Shown piece after piece: positions 1-9,591 of a stretch of DNA of 64,000 bases. Below the pieces are notes generated by a model, which was given only the letters and a program-made list of their open reading frames with translations, was not told the DNA's origin and ran no database searches. The DNA is from Candidatus Aenigmatarchaeota archaeon (lineage in GTDB: Archaea; Aenigmatarchaeota; Aenigmatarchaeia; PWEA01; JACQIF01). The DNA lies in contig CP066684.1 of the NCBI GenBank assembly GCA_016432325.1, positions 810,770 to 874,769 of the forward strand, read 5' to 3'. Within the stretch, counting starts at the first letter, position 1, and each line of letters opens with the position of its first letter. The position numbers were made by a program, and so were the translations under genes.

Positions 1-2
1 AG

Positions 3-479
3 GCCCGCGGACTCGCGACGCTCGGCATGTTTCGCCACGCTTTCGATACTTCTCCATATTTCAAACAGGCCATCCACGCCCAGCGCGGTTGCGGCGAATG
101 GACCTCGACCGCGTGGGAAGACGGTCGTTACGTGCACGAAGGAGGCCGTCTCGTACGCGACGGAAACGCTTGGGAATACGAAGGCGGTACGCGCACGAAG
201 GTGCGAATGCCTGAAGACGGCTGGGGACTCGAATACCATCCCACGCTTGGCGTTCCTACGAAAACAGGCGACAGAGAAGACGCCGTAGCGAAGTTCGGCC
301 AGGACGCTTCATATTTCTTGGGCGACAAAGAAGGCTTTAGGCCCGTGATTCGGGGTCGCAGCCTCGGCGACCGCGGGCCCTTCGACGTCGGCGCGAGCTG
401 TGGGCCTGGCGCCGGGAACTCGGTCGTTGGTGGTCGTGCGTGCCGTAGGTCAGGACTAATGAGATTGGCAAAGGAATAG
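3..479 (+). CDS. Hypothetical protein (5' end outside window) with DGR-target/CLec-like C-terminus
   Basis: Frame is open from the window edge. C-terminal PVIRG..GPFDVGA..P....VGGRACR resembles CLec/FGE-type variable-region ends. Confidence 0.5.
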   Translation, partial: ARGLATLGMFRHAFDTSPYFKQAIHAQRGCGEWTSTAWEDGRYVHEGGRLVRDGNAWEYEGGTRTKVRMPEDGWGLEYHPTLGVPTKTGDREDAVAKFGQDASYFLGDKEGFRPVIRGRSLGDRGPFDVGASCGPGAGNSVVGGRACRRSGLMRLAKE

Positions 480-537
480 ACGACATCATTTCAAGATATG
501 GAATAAGAGAATAGACTCCACCCCCAGTAAAAAGCAA

Positions 538-1821
538 CTAGACGTCAATCGTATCCCCGACGGCAGGCGCGACGGCGTCAAAGCCGTGCTCTTCCTTGAG
601 CGCCGCGGCGAACTTCTTGGTGTCCTCCCCGTGGATGCAGACGACGCGTTCCGGATTCAACGTTTTGATGTAGTTCACGAGTTCGCTCCTGCCCGCGTGC
701 GCAGAGAAGTCGAGCTTTTCAAACGGAACCTTGAGCTTGAACTCCTTCTTCTCCGTCTTGTAGACGCCTGTCTCGAGAAGCGCTTTTCCCGCGGAGCCTT
801 CGGCCTGGAAGCCCGTCATTGCCAGATACGAGTTTCTGTCATCCTTCAGGTGTTCGAGGTAATGAGCGACAGGACCGCCGTTGAGCATGCCGGAAGTCGT
901 GATGATTACGCACGGATGCTTCTTCTTGAGAATCTTCTCGCGCGCTTGGTTGTTCGTCACTTTCTTTGCTCTGGCGAACACGCGCTGGAGCATCTGCGGG
1001 TATCTCAGGAACTCCGAGTAGCGCAGGGCGATGGCCGTAGCGTCGCGGCACATGCCGTCCACGTATATCGGCACGTCGATGCCGTACTTTTCCAGCACGA
1101 GCAAGAGTTCCTGTGCGCGGCCGACTGCGAACGAAGAGACCAGCGCGACGCCGTCATTGTTCACGGCTTCGCGTATGCGCTTTATCAGGTGCTTCTCTGT
1201 CTCGTCGCGGTTCGGATGCTCTTTCGTTCCGTAGGTGGACTCTATTATCAGCGTCTTCACGTCCTCGCGCACCGGACTCAGGCCGTTCAGGAGCTCTGTC
1301 TTTTCGACCTTCATGTCGCCTGTGTAGACCACGACTCCTTTTCCTGTGTCTATCACGGCCTGCCCCGAGCCCGGGATGTGGCCCGCGTCGTAGAACATCA
1401 CCTGCGAGTTGCCTATCTCGAACTGCTGGCCGTAGGCGACGCGAAACGCGTTGGCGTACATCGTGGAGACGTCCTTGGAGAAATACCCGATGCCGTGGCC
1501 CTTGATTTTGGCGAGCTTGAGGCTGTCCTTCAAAAGCAGGTCCATCAGGTCGAGAGTGGTCGCGGACGCATGCACCGGCCCTCGATAGCCGCGGTTGTAG
1601 AGAGAAGGCACGAAACCGCCGTGGTCCAGGTGGGCGTGCGAGACTACGACGCCGTCGAGTTTAACGGACGCCGCCATCGGGAACGCGGGCTGGTCAACGC
1701 CCTCCGCGCCTGTGACGACCTTTATTCCGTAGTCCATCAATATGCGTTCGCTTCCTGTGTCCAGCACGAATCCGGAACGGCCGACCTCTTGGGCGGCGCC
1801 GAGGCATTGTAACTTCATCAT
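538..1821 (-). CDS. Beta-CASP metallo-beta-lactamase ribonuclease (aCPSF2/aCPSF1b-like, no KH domains)
   Basis: GAAQEVGRS, SHAHLDH, AGHIPGS, ESTYG, FAVGRAQE, FSAH and HGE motifs; start at MMKLQCLG. Confidence 0.9.
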   Translation of the reverse strand: MMKLQCLGAAQEVGRSGFVLDTGSERILMDYGIKVVTGAEGVDQPAFPMAASVKLDGVVVSHAHLDHGGFVPSLYNRGYRGPVHASATTLDLMDLLLKDSLKLAKIKGHGIGYFSKDVSTMYANAFRVAYGQQFEIGNSQVMFYDAGHIPGSGQAVIDTGKGVVVYTGDMKVEKTELLNGLSPVREDVKTLIIESTYGTKEHPNRDETEKHLIKRIREAVNNDGVALVSSFAVGRAQELLLVLEKYGIDVPIYVDGMCRDATAIALRYSEFLRYPQMLQRVFARAKKVTNNQAREKILKKKHPCVIITTSGMLNGGPVAHYLEHLKDDRNSYLAMTGFQAEGSAGKALLETGVYKTEKKEFKLKVPFEKLDFSAHAGRSELVNYIKTLNPERVVCIHGEDTKKFAAALKEEHGFDAVAPAVGDTIDV

Positions 1822-1891
1822 CAAAATCCTGTGCGACGTTTCCCACAAGCGCTTATATAGCTTCTTCTTGAAGTCTTCTTCGGTGTCCCTG

Positions 1892-2594
1892 ATGAGCAAC
1901 GGCCTTTACGAGAAACGTCTTTGGCGTTAGAATAGGAGTTCTCGGAGGCATAGGCCCTGAAGCAACGGCGCTTTTCTACAGGAAGCTCATCCTGCGGCTG
2001 CAGAAGAGAGGCACGATACGGAGCAACGGCGACTACCCCCAGATAATCATCAACAGCATTCCGGCTCCGGAGCTGGTCGGCGAGATATCAGACGAACACC
2101 TCAAGCCGTTCGTTCGCGGACTCAAAGAGCTCGACTCGTTTGGCGTTGACTTCATAGTGATGGCCTGCAACACGATACACCTCTTTCATGGAAAATTGCA
2201 GAAGGAAGTGCGCGCTCCCATCCTAGACCTGCGTGTTGCCGTAAATAAGTCCCTCGAAAGACGCGGAGTGAGGAACGCCCTGATTATTGGGACGCCTAAT
2301 ACCGTGAAACGGAAATTATACGGGTTTGGCGGGCGCCTTATTGAGCCTGACGCGGAAGAAACAGAACGCCTCGCGCAGGCGATTCTGAACTTCAACAGAG
2401 GAGTGGACAAGGAAGCCCAGGTCGAGATCACAAGGACAATCTGCAGACGCCATTTGGATAACGGCGCAGAAGCGGTCTTGCTGGCCTGCACGGAGTTCGC
2501 GGTGATGCTCGACGGCGAACCGCAGACAATAAGCACAATAGACGTGTTGGTGGATGCCGTGATGGAAAAGTTCGTGTCTCCCACAAACGCTTAA
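1892..2594 (+). pseudogene. Asp/Glu racemase family protein; N-terminal ATG out of frame (frameshift near 1915-1930, or sequencing error)
   Basis: IGVLGGIGPEAT begins at 1932 in frame with the ACNT and ACTE catalytic Cys motifs. There is no in-frame ATG/GTG/TTG before it, and the ATG at 1892 is in another frame. Confidence 0.7.
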
Positions 2595-2646
2595 ATACTT
2601 TCTTTGCGAATGGGGCTCAGGTGGACAAGATGGGTGAGGGCCTTTA

Positions 2647-2871
2647 TTGGTGGGTGCCTTTATCGCTTCTGGCGGTAATGGGCGGAACAGGAACAGTCGA
2701 GTAGAACAACCCTGTCTTGCGACTATTGCTCAAATCGACGACCGCGGGCGCATCTTCCTTCCAGCCATGCTCAGGAAGCGGTTGGGAATAGAAAGAGACG
2801 CGGCGTTCATGCTGATACTCGACCCGGACGGTTTCTTGGTGCTGATGCCAACCACGAGAGAGGGGAAATAG
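2647..2871 (+). CDS. AbrB/MraZ/SpoVT-like single-domain DNA-binding protein
   Basis: QIDDRGRIFLPAMLRKRLGI swapped-hairpin signature; start uncertain. Confidence 0.75.
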   Translation: MVGAFIASGGNGRNRNSRVEQPCLATIAQIDDRGRIFLPAMLRKRLGIERDAAFMLILDPDGFLVLMPTTREGK

Positions 2872-2872
2872 G

Positions 2873-3067
2873 ATGGGTCTTCTTGAATACATTAGGAGAG
2901 AGCTTATAGTTGGATGGCGTGTCTCGGAGCGGATGGGCGACGTTGATATGGTGTTGGCCCGTTACGGTGATTCGTGGGCTCTCGAGAAACTCACCGCGAT
3001 GATGGAGGAGGAGGCCCTCAGGTACAGGCGCGAAACACGTGGGAGTTCCGAAAGCCTTAATAAATGA
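2873..3067 (+). CDS. Small hypothetical protein
   Basis: ATG 1 nt after the previous stop, preceded by purine-rich GAGGGG. Confidence 0.5.
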   Translation: MGLLEYIRRELIVGWRVSERMGDVDMVLARYGDSWALEKLTAMMEEEALRYRRETRGSSESLNK

Positions 3068-3086
3068 CTAAGGGAGAACAGTGAAC

Positions 3087-3548
3087 ATGGGTCTTGAAGT
3101 CGAGAAAAGGCTGGAAGAGAAGGGCATTTCGTACAGGCTCATAGAGCTTGAAGGGAGAGCCGTGTCTGTGAAAGATGTGCTGGCCCTTGCCAAGGAGAAG
3201 ATAAAACTCGAAGAGGTGTGCAAGACTATAGTGGCGAAGGACGGCAAAGGCAACAGCTATGCATTCGTCCTCAAGGGCAACCAAAAGATAGACATGGCCA
3301 AAGCCGAACGTCTCGTAGGAGGAGGTCTCAGAATAGCGAGACCCGAGGAAGTGGAGGATGCCGCGGGCGTCGAGCCCGGCGCTGTGTGCCCGCTCCTGCT
3401 GGAGATTCCCATACTTGTTGACAGGCGGGTCTTGGATACCGAAAGGATAAACTTCGGTTCCGGAGACCATCTGTATGGGGTGGAAATCTCGACGAAGGAT
3501 TTGGAGAAGGTCATCGAGTTTCGCGTGGCGGATTTTGCGAAGGTGTGA
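3087..3548 (+). CDS. YbaK/ProX aminoacyl-tRNA deacylase
   Basis: VCKTIV lysine motif, GVEPGAVCP, NFGSG. Confidence 0.9.
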   Translation: MGLEVEKRLEEKGISYRLIELEGRAVSVKDVLALAKEKIKLEEVCKTIVAKDGKGNSYAFVLKGNQKIDMAKAERLVGGGLRIARPEEVEDAAGVEPGAVCPLLLEIPILVDRRVLDTERINFGSGDHLYGVEISTKDLEKVIEFRVADFAKV

Positions 3549-3550
3549 AC

Positions 3551-4918
3551 ATGGACATGGAGAAAAGGATGGAACTGATAAAACAAGTAGGAGAGGAGAT
3601 ATTAACCGAAGAAGAACTACGAGAACTTCTTGCCAAGAAACGCGATCCCATCGCCTACGACGGCTTTGAGCCTTCCGGACGCATGCACATTGCGCAGGGA
3701 ATTTTGCGTGCGATTAATATTAACAAGATGACCCGTGCCGGCTGCAAATTCAAGATGCTTGTTGCGGATTGGCACGCCTGGGCTAACAACAAGATGGGGG
3801 GCGACCTCGATGCGATTCAGATGGTAGGCGAATACATGATAGAGGTCTGGCGAGCCAGCGGTATGGAACTGGACAACGTGGAGTTTGTCTGGGCCTCGGA
3901 CCTAGCAAAGGACGACGAGTACTGGAAAATCGTTATGAACGTTGCCCGCGCGTCGACGCTCAATCGTATTATACGCACCGCACAAATAATGGGACGATCG
4001 GAACGTGACACTCTCTCGGCCGCGCAGATACTCTATCCATGCATGCAGGCCGCGGACATCTTCTACCTGAAAGCCGACATAACACAACTCGGCATGGACC
4101 AGAGGAAGGTGAACGTTCTGGCTCGCGAGCTGGGGCCGTCGCTTGGGTTTTGGAAACCTGTTGTTGTTTCGCACCATATGCTGATGGGACTTGTGGAACC
4201 CACTACAAAACCACATATAGCTACAAGGCATCTGGATCTTCAGGGAACGTTGCCTTTGCCCAACGGAGGACAATTAAGAATAAAATCAGTTCCATCACAA
4301 AAAGGACTTTTACCAGTTTTAAACCATCCTGCCTATGGCGGCCGAGGATTTAGTGCAAAATTCTTTTACACTCCACCAAAATCAGTGACAGCGACAGAGG
4401 AAGAATTGTGGCAACGGGAATTAACAAACCTTGATGGGATCGGGGTCAAACTTATATCTCTCGATCAAATGACAGGTGAAGCTCAGTTGGAAATAATTTC
4501 AGGACCTTCAGCAGAAGAGCGGGCGATGGCGATGAAGATGTCCAAATCGGTCCCAGACAGCGCGATATTCATGACAGACTCCGTAGACGATATTAGCGAG
4601 AAGATATCGAAAGCGTACTGTCCAGAAAAGCAGACAAACGAGAATCCGATTTTGGAATATTGCAGGCATATTATTTTCGGGTTGAACGAAGAGATGAAAA
4701 TAAGCAGATCGGCCAAATGGGGTGGTAATGTAACGTATAGTTCATACGGTGAGCTTGAAAGGGACTATGCCGGCGGGAAGTTGCACCCAATGGATTTGAA
4801 AGCCGCCGTGATAAAATATTTGGTGAAAGCAGTCGAGCCGATACAAAAGCACTTCTCCAAGAACAAGAAAGCCGCCGAACTTCTGAAGTTCGTGGAAGGC
4901 GCGAAGGTGACCAGATGA
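3551..4918 (+). CDS. tyrS: Tyrosyl-tRNA synthetase (archaeal type) with ~100-aa insertion
   Basis: YDGFEPSGRMHIAQG (HIGH), ADWHAW, YPCMQAAD, GMDQRK, KMSKS, LHPMDLK. Confidence 0.95.
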   Translation: MDMEKRMELIKQVGEEILTEEELRELLAKKRDPIAYDGFEPSGRMHIAQGILRAININKMTRAGCKFKMLVADWHAWANNKMGGDLDAIQMVGEYMIEVWRASGMELDNVEFVWASDLAKDDEYWKIVMNVARASTLNRIIRTAQIMGRSERDTLSAAQILYPCMQAADIFYLKADITQLGMDQRKVNVLARELGPSLGFWKPVVVSHHMLMGLVEPTTKPHIATRHLDLQGTLPLPNGGQLRIKSVPSQKGLLPVLNHPAYGGRGFSAKFFYTPPKSVTATEEELWQRELTNLDGIGVKLISLDQMTGEAQLEIISGPSAEERAMAMKMSKSVPDSAIFMTDSVDDISEKISKAYCPEKQTNENPILEYCRHIIFGLNEEMKISRSAKWGGNVTYSSYGELERDYAGGKLHPMDLKAAVIKYLVKAVEPIQKHFSKNKKAAELLKFVEGAKVTR

Positions 4919-4968
4919 AAACGCGCGGCGTTTTCAAAGTTACCTCCAACGGGGTCGGTAACCGATGA
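4914..4968. repeat. Hairpin module A between tyrS and serS, flanked by GATGA direct repeats
   Basis: TGAAAACGC-gcg-GCGTTTTCA AA GTTAC..GTAAC; same architecture as tRNA-Phe intron 1. Confidence 0.75.
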
Positions 4969-6233
4969 TCGACATAGAACTCCTGAGAAAAGATGCGGAC
5001 GCAGTGCGCGCGAATCTCGCGCGCCGCCACAAGCCCGAGCTGCTCGAACTGCTGGACTCGGTCATCGAGATGGACGAAAAATGGAGAAAGGCGCAAGGCG
5101 AACTGGACGCTCTGCGCGCCAAGCGCAACGAGCTCACCGAACAGATACGCAAGAAGAAAGACGCGAAGCTGATAGCGCAAGCGCGCGACGCCAGCGCGCA
5201 TGTGAAGGCCCTCGAAGACGAAGTGGCGTTCCTCAAGCCGAAGCTTGATTTCGAGCTCTCAAAGATTCCTGTGATGCTGCACAAAGACGTGCCGGACGGA
5301 AAAGACGCGAACGACAATCCCGTCGTCCGTACGTGGGGCAAGCAGACAAAACCGAAATTCGCGCTCGCGTCTCATGGGGAACTTATCGAGGCTCTGGGAA
5401 TCGGGGACTTCGACAGGGCGTCGGAGATCGCCGGACGCGGATTCAACTACATCATGGGCGACCTGGCTCTTCTTGACAGGGCGCTGCAGGCGTATGGAAT
5501 TGAATTTCTGATAAAGAACGGCTTCAGGTTCGTCGAGCCGCCGCTGATGATAAGGAAGCGCCCGATGGAAGGCACAACGGACTTCCAGGCGTTCATAGAC
5601 GTCCTCTACAAGATAGAAGGGGAAGACCTGTACCTCATTCCTTCGTCCGAGAACTCGCTCGTCCCGTTCTATATGGACCAAGTCATCGATGAAGACGAAC
5701 TGCCGCTAAAGATAGTCGGCGTCAGCCCGTGCTTCCGCAAGGAGATCGGTTCGCACAGCGTCGACACCAAGGGTCTCTACCGCATGCACCAGTTCAACAA
5801 GGTCGAGGAAGTCGTAATCTGCAAACCCGAAGACTCGTGGAAGTGGTTCGAGAAATTGCAGGCGATAAGCGAGGATATTTTGCAGTCGCTCAAGATACCT
5901 TACCGCGTCGTCGACATCTGCACAGGCGATATCGGCTCGAAACAGTCGCGCCAGTACGACATAGAAGCGTGGTTCCCGCGGCAGGGCAAGTACGGCGAGA
6001 TCACATCCTGTTCGAACTGCGTCGACTATCAGGCGCGCGGCCTGAACATGAAGTACGGCAAGCGCGGCGGCTCGCGCGCGTTCGTGCACACTCTGAACAA
6101 CACGTGCGTCGCCACTTCGCGCATAATGGTCGCGATTCTCGAGAACTTCCAGAACGAGGACGGCACAGTCGACGTTCCGAAGGTGCTGTGGCCGTACATG
6201 ATGGGACGGAAGACGATTGGGAAGGCGAAGTGA
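4965..6233 (+). CDS. serS: Seryl-tRNA synthetase
   Basis: N-terminal coiled coil, PCFRKEIG, RMHQFNKVE, EITSCSNC, HTLNNT. Confidence 0.95.
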   Translation: MIDIELLRKDADAVRANLARRHKPELLELLDSVIEMDEKWRKAQGELDALRAKRNELTEQIRKKKDAKLIAQARDASAHVKALEDEVAFLKPKLDFELSKIPVMLHKDVPDGKDANDNPVVRTWGKQTKPKFALASHGELIEALGIGDFDRASEIAGRGFNYIMGDLALLDRALQAYGIEFLIKNGFRFVEPPLMIRKRPMEGTTDFQAFIDVLYKIEGEDLYLIPSSENSLVPFYMDQVIDEDELPLKIVGVSPCFRKEIGSHSVDTKGLYRMHQFNKVEEVVICKPEDSWKWFEKLQAISEDILQSLKIPYRVVDICTGDIGSKQSRQYDIEAWFPRQGKYGEITSCSNCVDYQARGLNMKYGKRGGSRAFVHTLNNTCVATSRIMVAILENFQNEDGTVDVPKVLWPYMMGRKTIGKAK

Positions 6234-6238
6234 CGCGT

Positions 6239-6757
6239 ATGGAAGACCTTCACGCACGATGGCCGCATCGGTGGCTGACGCCGAAGGCTGTCGTGAAATC
6301 CTCTAGAATACACGGTTTGGGAATTTTCTGCGGGGGGGACATCGCCAAAGGAGAGACCGTTCTTGTTGCCGGCGGTGTAATAGTCCCGTGCTCTGAAATA
6401 TCCGAGTATCGCAAGATAATGGGCATCGATGTGGGCGCCCAGATAGACGACGACTTCTTTATATGCCCAACGAACAGGGAAGAACTTGAAGATAGGGGAG
6501 TTGTCAATCACTCGTGCAATCCAAATATCGGCATGGTAAATTCAATATCGCTGGGAGCCTTACGAAAAATAAGAGCCGATGAAGAACTCGTAATGGACTA
6601 CGCCTTCCACGAAACGTCGTTTGAGCCCTTCAAATGCAACTGCGGCTCCGCGAACTGCCGCGGCACGATAAGACCGACGGACTGGCGGCTGCCCGAACTG
6701 CAGAAGAAGTACGGCAAGTACTTCTCGCCGTACCTGCAAAGGAAGTTCATGAAATAG
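6239..6757 (+). CDS. SET-domain protein-lysine methyltransferase with post-SET zinc site
   Basis: IHGLGIF, NHSCNPN, EELVMDY, CNCGSANC; ATG 5 nt after the serS stop. Confidence 0.9.
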   Translation: MEDLHARWPHRWLTPKAVVKSSRIHGLGIFCGGDIAKGETVLVAGGVIVPCSEISEYRKIMGIDVGAQIDDDFFICPTNREELEDRGVVNHSCNPNIGMVNSISLGALRKIRADEELVMDYAFHETSFEPFKCNCGSANCRGTIRPTDWRLPELQKKYGKYFSPYLQRKFMK

Positions 6758-7405
6758 TCATTTAACAAACTTGACTTTCGCTTCTCCGTCTTTCAACTCT
6801 ACCACGCTCAAAGCCGTCGCCGTGTTAAGAATCGTCGTCTTGCCGACCTTGTAGATTCCTTTCGCCTCGTGTATGTGTCCGCACACTATAAGCAGGGGCT
6901 GGAAGTCGTCTACTATCTTTCTCAGGCCTTCGTCTCCTGCGTCCTCGTCAAAGCCCCACGCGGTAGCGAAGTCGGCCTTGGTCTTGTATGGGGGTATGTG
7001 GTTCACTATGATGGTTCGTTCAGGCTTGCAGCCCTTCAGGACGCTCTTCAGCACGTCAGAACGCAGATGGCGGAACGCGTAGACCAGAGGAAGAGAAAGA
7101 TCCATCAGACCCACAATCGTGTAACCGTTCAGCTCGACTTTTTCCATCCCAAGCAGGTGGAAGGCCGGGCTGGCGAGCGCGACTATCTTGAGAAACTCCG
7201 GGTCATCGAAGTTCCCTGCAACGACGTACGCCGGGACTCCGAGATTCGCTATGCCCTCCGCGACATCCTCGGCGCTGCCGTCTTCCCACGGATGGGGAAT
7301 CATGTCGCCTGCGTACAGAAAGGCAGCGGGCTTCTCCTTCTTCACAACCTTCTCAAGACTCTTCGGCAGCGTGCCGTGGAAATCCGAGCCACATAAGAGT
7401 TTCAT
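6758..7405 (-). CDS. Calcineurin-like metallophosphoesterase
   Basis: SDFHG, AGD, GNFD, NHIPP, CGHIHE. Confidence 0.9.
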   Translation of the reverse strand: MKLLCGSDFHGTLPKSLEKVVKKEKPAAFLYAGDMIPHPWEDGSAEDVAEGIANLGVPAYVVAGNFDDPEFLKIVALASPAFHLLGMEKVELNGYTIVGLMDLSLPLVYAFRHLRSDVLKSVLKGCKPERTIIVNHIPPYKTKADFATAWGFDEDAGDEGLRKIVDDFQPLLIVCGHIHEAKGIYKVGKTTILNTATALSVVELKDGEAKVKFVK

Positions 7406-7510
7406 CGAGCCTCACCATACGCCTCGATGAGACTTTCAAACCGCAGTTTGATATGCTTCATACGTTGCCTACGTTCGCAGGTATAAAAAAGGTTGTTTCG
7501 TACGTAGCGT

Positions 7511-9553
7511 ATGGCGACGCTTGTCATCGCGGAAAAGCCCAAGGCCGCAGAGAAGATTGCCGCCGCGCTGGGAACGCCTAAAGCGTCAAAGAAGGGCAAG
7601 GCCGTTTTTTACGAAGTGCAGCACGACGGAGACACTATTTACGTCGTCCCGTCTGTCGGTCATATCTTTTCTTTAAAACAGAAAGGCAAAGGATGGACTT
7701 ACCCAATCTTCGATATCGAGTGGCTGCCTTCGTTCGAGGTTTCGAAGAGCTCCAAGTTCACCAAAGCGTATTACGACAATCTGGCGAAGATTGCAAAGAA
7801 ATGCAGCGATTTCGTCATCGCAACGGACTTCGATACGGAAGGTTCGGTCATCGGTTACAACATTCTTCGCTTCATCTGCGAAACGGACGACGCGAGGCGT
7901 ATGAAGTTTTCGACGCTCACGACGGACGAGCTCCGCGAGGCGTATGAAAGCGCGGGTCCCCTCGACACGCCGCAGATAGAAGCCGGCCTTGCGCGGCACG
8001 TGCTCGATTGGCTATGGGGCATCAACGCGTCCCGCGCGCTTACAAAAGCCATAAACTCCGGCGGCAAGGGCTTCACTTTGATGAGTACGGGACGCGTTCA
8101 GGGTCCGTCGCTGAAACTGCTCGCAGATCGCGAACGCGAAATCCGCGCGTTCAAGTCCGAACCCTACTGGGACATCGAGGCTGACGTCGACGGTCCGTTG
8201 ACCGTGTTCTGCGAAGAAGAACACATCCCCGAAAAGGAAAGGACAATTGAGATAAAGGACGCTTGTGGAAAAACGGCCACCGTAGAATCGCTGGACAAAA
8301 AGGAGTACAAGCAAGCGCCTCCGACGCCTTTCGATCTGACGTCGCTGCAGATGGACGCCTACGCCGCTTTCGGATTTTCGCCTTCTGCGACGCTGTCGCT
8401 CGCGCAGTCGTTGTATACGGAAGGATTGATTTCGTATCCGCGCACGTCTTCGCAGAAACTGCCGGCGAAGCTCGGTCTTGAGCGTATCTTGAAAGCGCTG
8501 GCCGAGCAGAAAGCCTATGCGGCGCACGTATGCTCGCTTCCAACTCCTCTGCAGCCGAACGAAGGCCCGAAGAGCGACGCGGCTCACCCGGCGATACACC
8601 CCACTGGAGAAAAGCCCGCGGCGTTGACGGCAGACCAGAAAAAGCTCTACGACATGGTCGTTCATCGTTTCATCGCGACGTTCGCGAAGCCCGCGACGCG
8701 CGAAACCGTCAGGCTCGTGCTGGACATAAACGGCATCGCGTTCTCCGCGTCCGGAAACAGAACCGTGGATCCTCAATGGCGCGAGATTTACAAATTCTCG
8801 AAGCACAAGGAAGTCATTCTTCCCGCACTGACGAAGGGACAGGAGCTGAACGTTCTGGACGTTCGCGTTCTCGACAAGGAGACGCAGCCGCCGAAACGCT
8901 ATACAGAAGCGTCGCTTGTCCACGAACTCGAGAAAAGGTCTTTGGGCACGAAAGCGACGAGGTCTGAGATCATCCGCACGCTCTACGAACGTTCATACGT
9001 CAAGGACAGGTCCATCGTTGTCACGGAACTCGGTCTCGGGGTCATAGGCACGTTGGAAAAGTATGTGCCTGAAATCCTCTCCGAGGAGATGACCCGTTCG
9101 TTCGAGCAGGAGATGGAATCTATAATGGAGAACAGGTCCACGAAAGAAAAGGTCATCGAAGGCGCGAAGAAGGAACTGACGACGCTTCTGGTGAAGTTCA
9201 AGGACCACGAGAAGGACATAGGCGCGGAGCTTGGTCCGCTGCTCGCCGAGACGCGCAAGCGTGCGTACACTGTAGGCCCGTGCCAGAAGTGCGGCGGCGA
9301 GCTGAAGATTGTGACAGCCAAGGCATCCAGGAAGCGCTTCGTCGGTTGTACAGGATATCCGAAGTGCGAATCTGGCTACCCGTTACCCCAGTACGGCCTG
9401 ATAAAGACAGGCGGCGTGAAGTGCAAGACGTGCGGTCTGCCGACGGTCTTGATAATAAGGAAGGGCAAGAGGCCGTGGAACATGTGCATAGACCCGAAGT
9501 GTACGTCTAAGACGGAGTGGGGCAAGTCCAAGGATGCCGCGCAAACACCTTGA
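7511..9553 (+). CDS. topA: Type IA DNA topoisomerase
   Basis: IAEKP, ATDFDTEG, STGRVQ, ISYPRT catalytic Tyr, LGTKATR, C-terminal Zn ribbons. Confidence 0.95.
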   Translation: MATLVIAEKPKAAEKIAAALGTPKASKKGKAVFYEVQHDGDTIYVVPSVGHIFSLKQKGKGWTYPIFDIEWLPSFEVSKSSKFTKAYYDNLAKIAKKCSDFVIATDFDTEGSVIGYNILRFICETDDARRMKFSTLTTDELREAYESAGPLDTPQIEAGLARHVLDWLWGINASRALTKAINSGGKGFTLMSTGRVQGPSLKLLADREREIRAFKSEPYWDIEADVDGPLTVFCEEEHIPEKERTIEIKDACGKTATVESLDKKEYKQAPPTPFDLTSLQMDAYAAFGFSPSATLSLAQSLYTEGLISYPRTSSQKLPAKLGLERILKALAEQKAYAAHVCSLPTPLQPNEGPKSDAAHPAIHPTGEKPAALTADQKKLYDMVVHRFIATFAKPATRETVRLVLDINGIAFSASGNRTVDPQWREIYKFSKHKEVILPALTKGQELNVLDVRVLDKETQPPKRYTEASLVHELEKRSLGTKATRSEIIRTLYERSYVKDRSIVVTELGLGVIGTLEKYVPEILSEEMTRSFEQEMESIMENRSTKEKVIEGAKKELTTLLVKFKDHEKDIGAELGPLLAETRKRAYTVGPCQKCGGELKIVTAKASRKRFVGCTGYPKCESGYPLPQYGLIKTGGVKCKTCGLPTVLIIRKGKRPWNMCIDPKCTSKTEWGKSKDAAQTP

Positions 9554-9591
9554 CATACCCGTTATTAATAGATTCGTCCTCTATCCGAAGT

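Noticed and set aside
4200-4507. Intein in TyrRS
   Set aside because: No N-terminal C/S block, no His-Asn C-terminus and no LAGLIDADG motif.
5729-6238. N-terminal extensions in the ORF track (SET, AlaX, DRG-like GTPase, TadC, regulator, EndA)
   Set aside because: They overlap other genes or promoters; homology begins at the downstream ATG.
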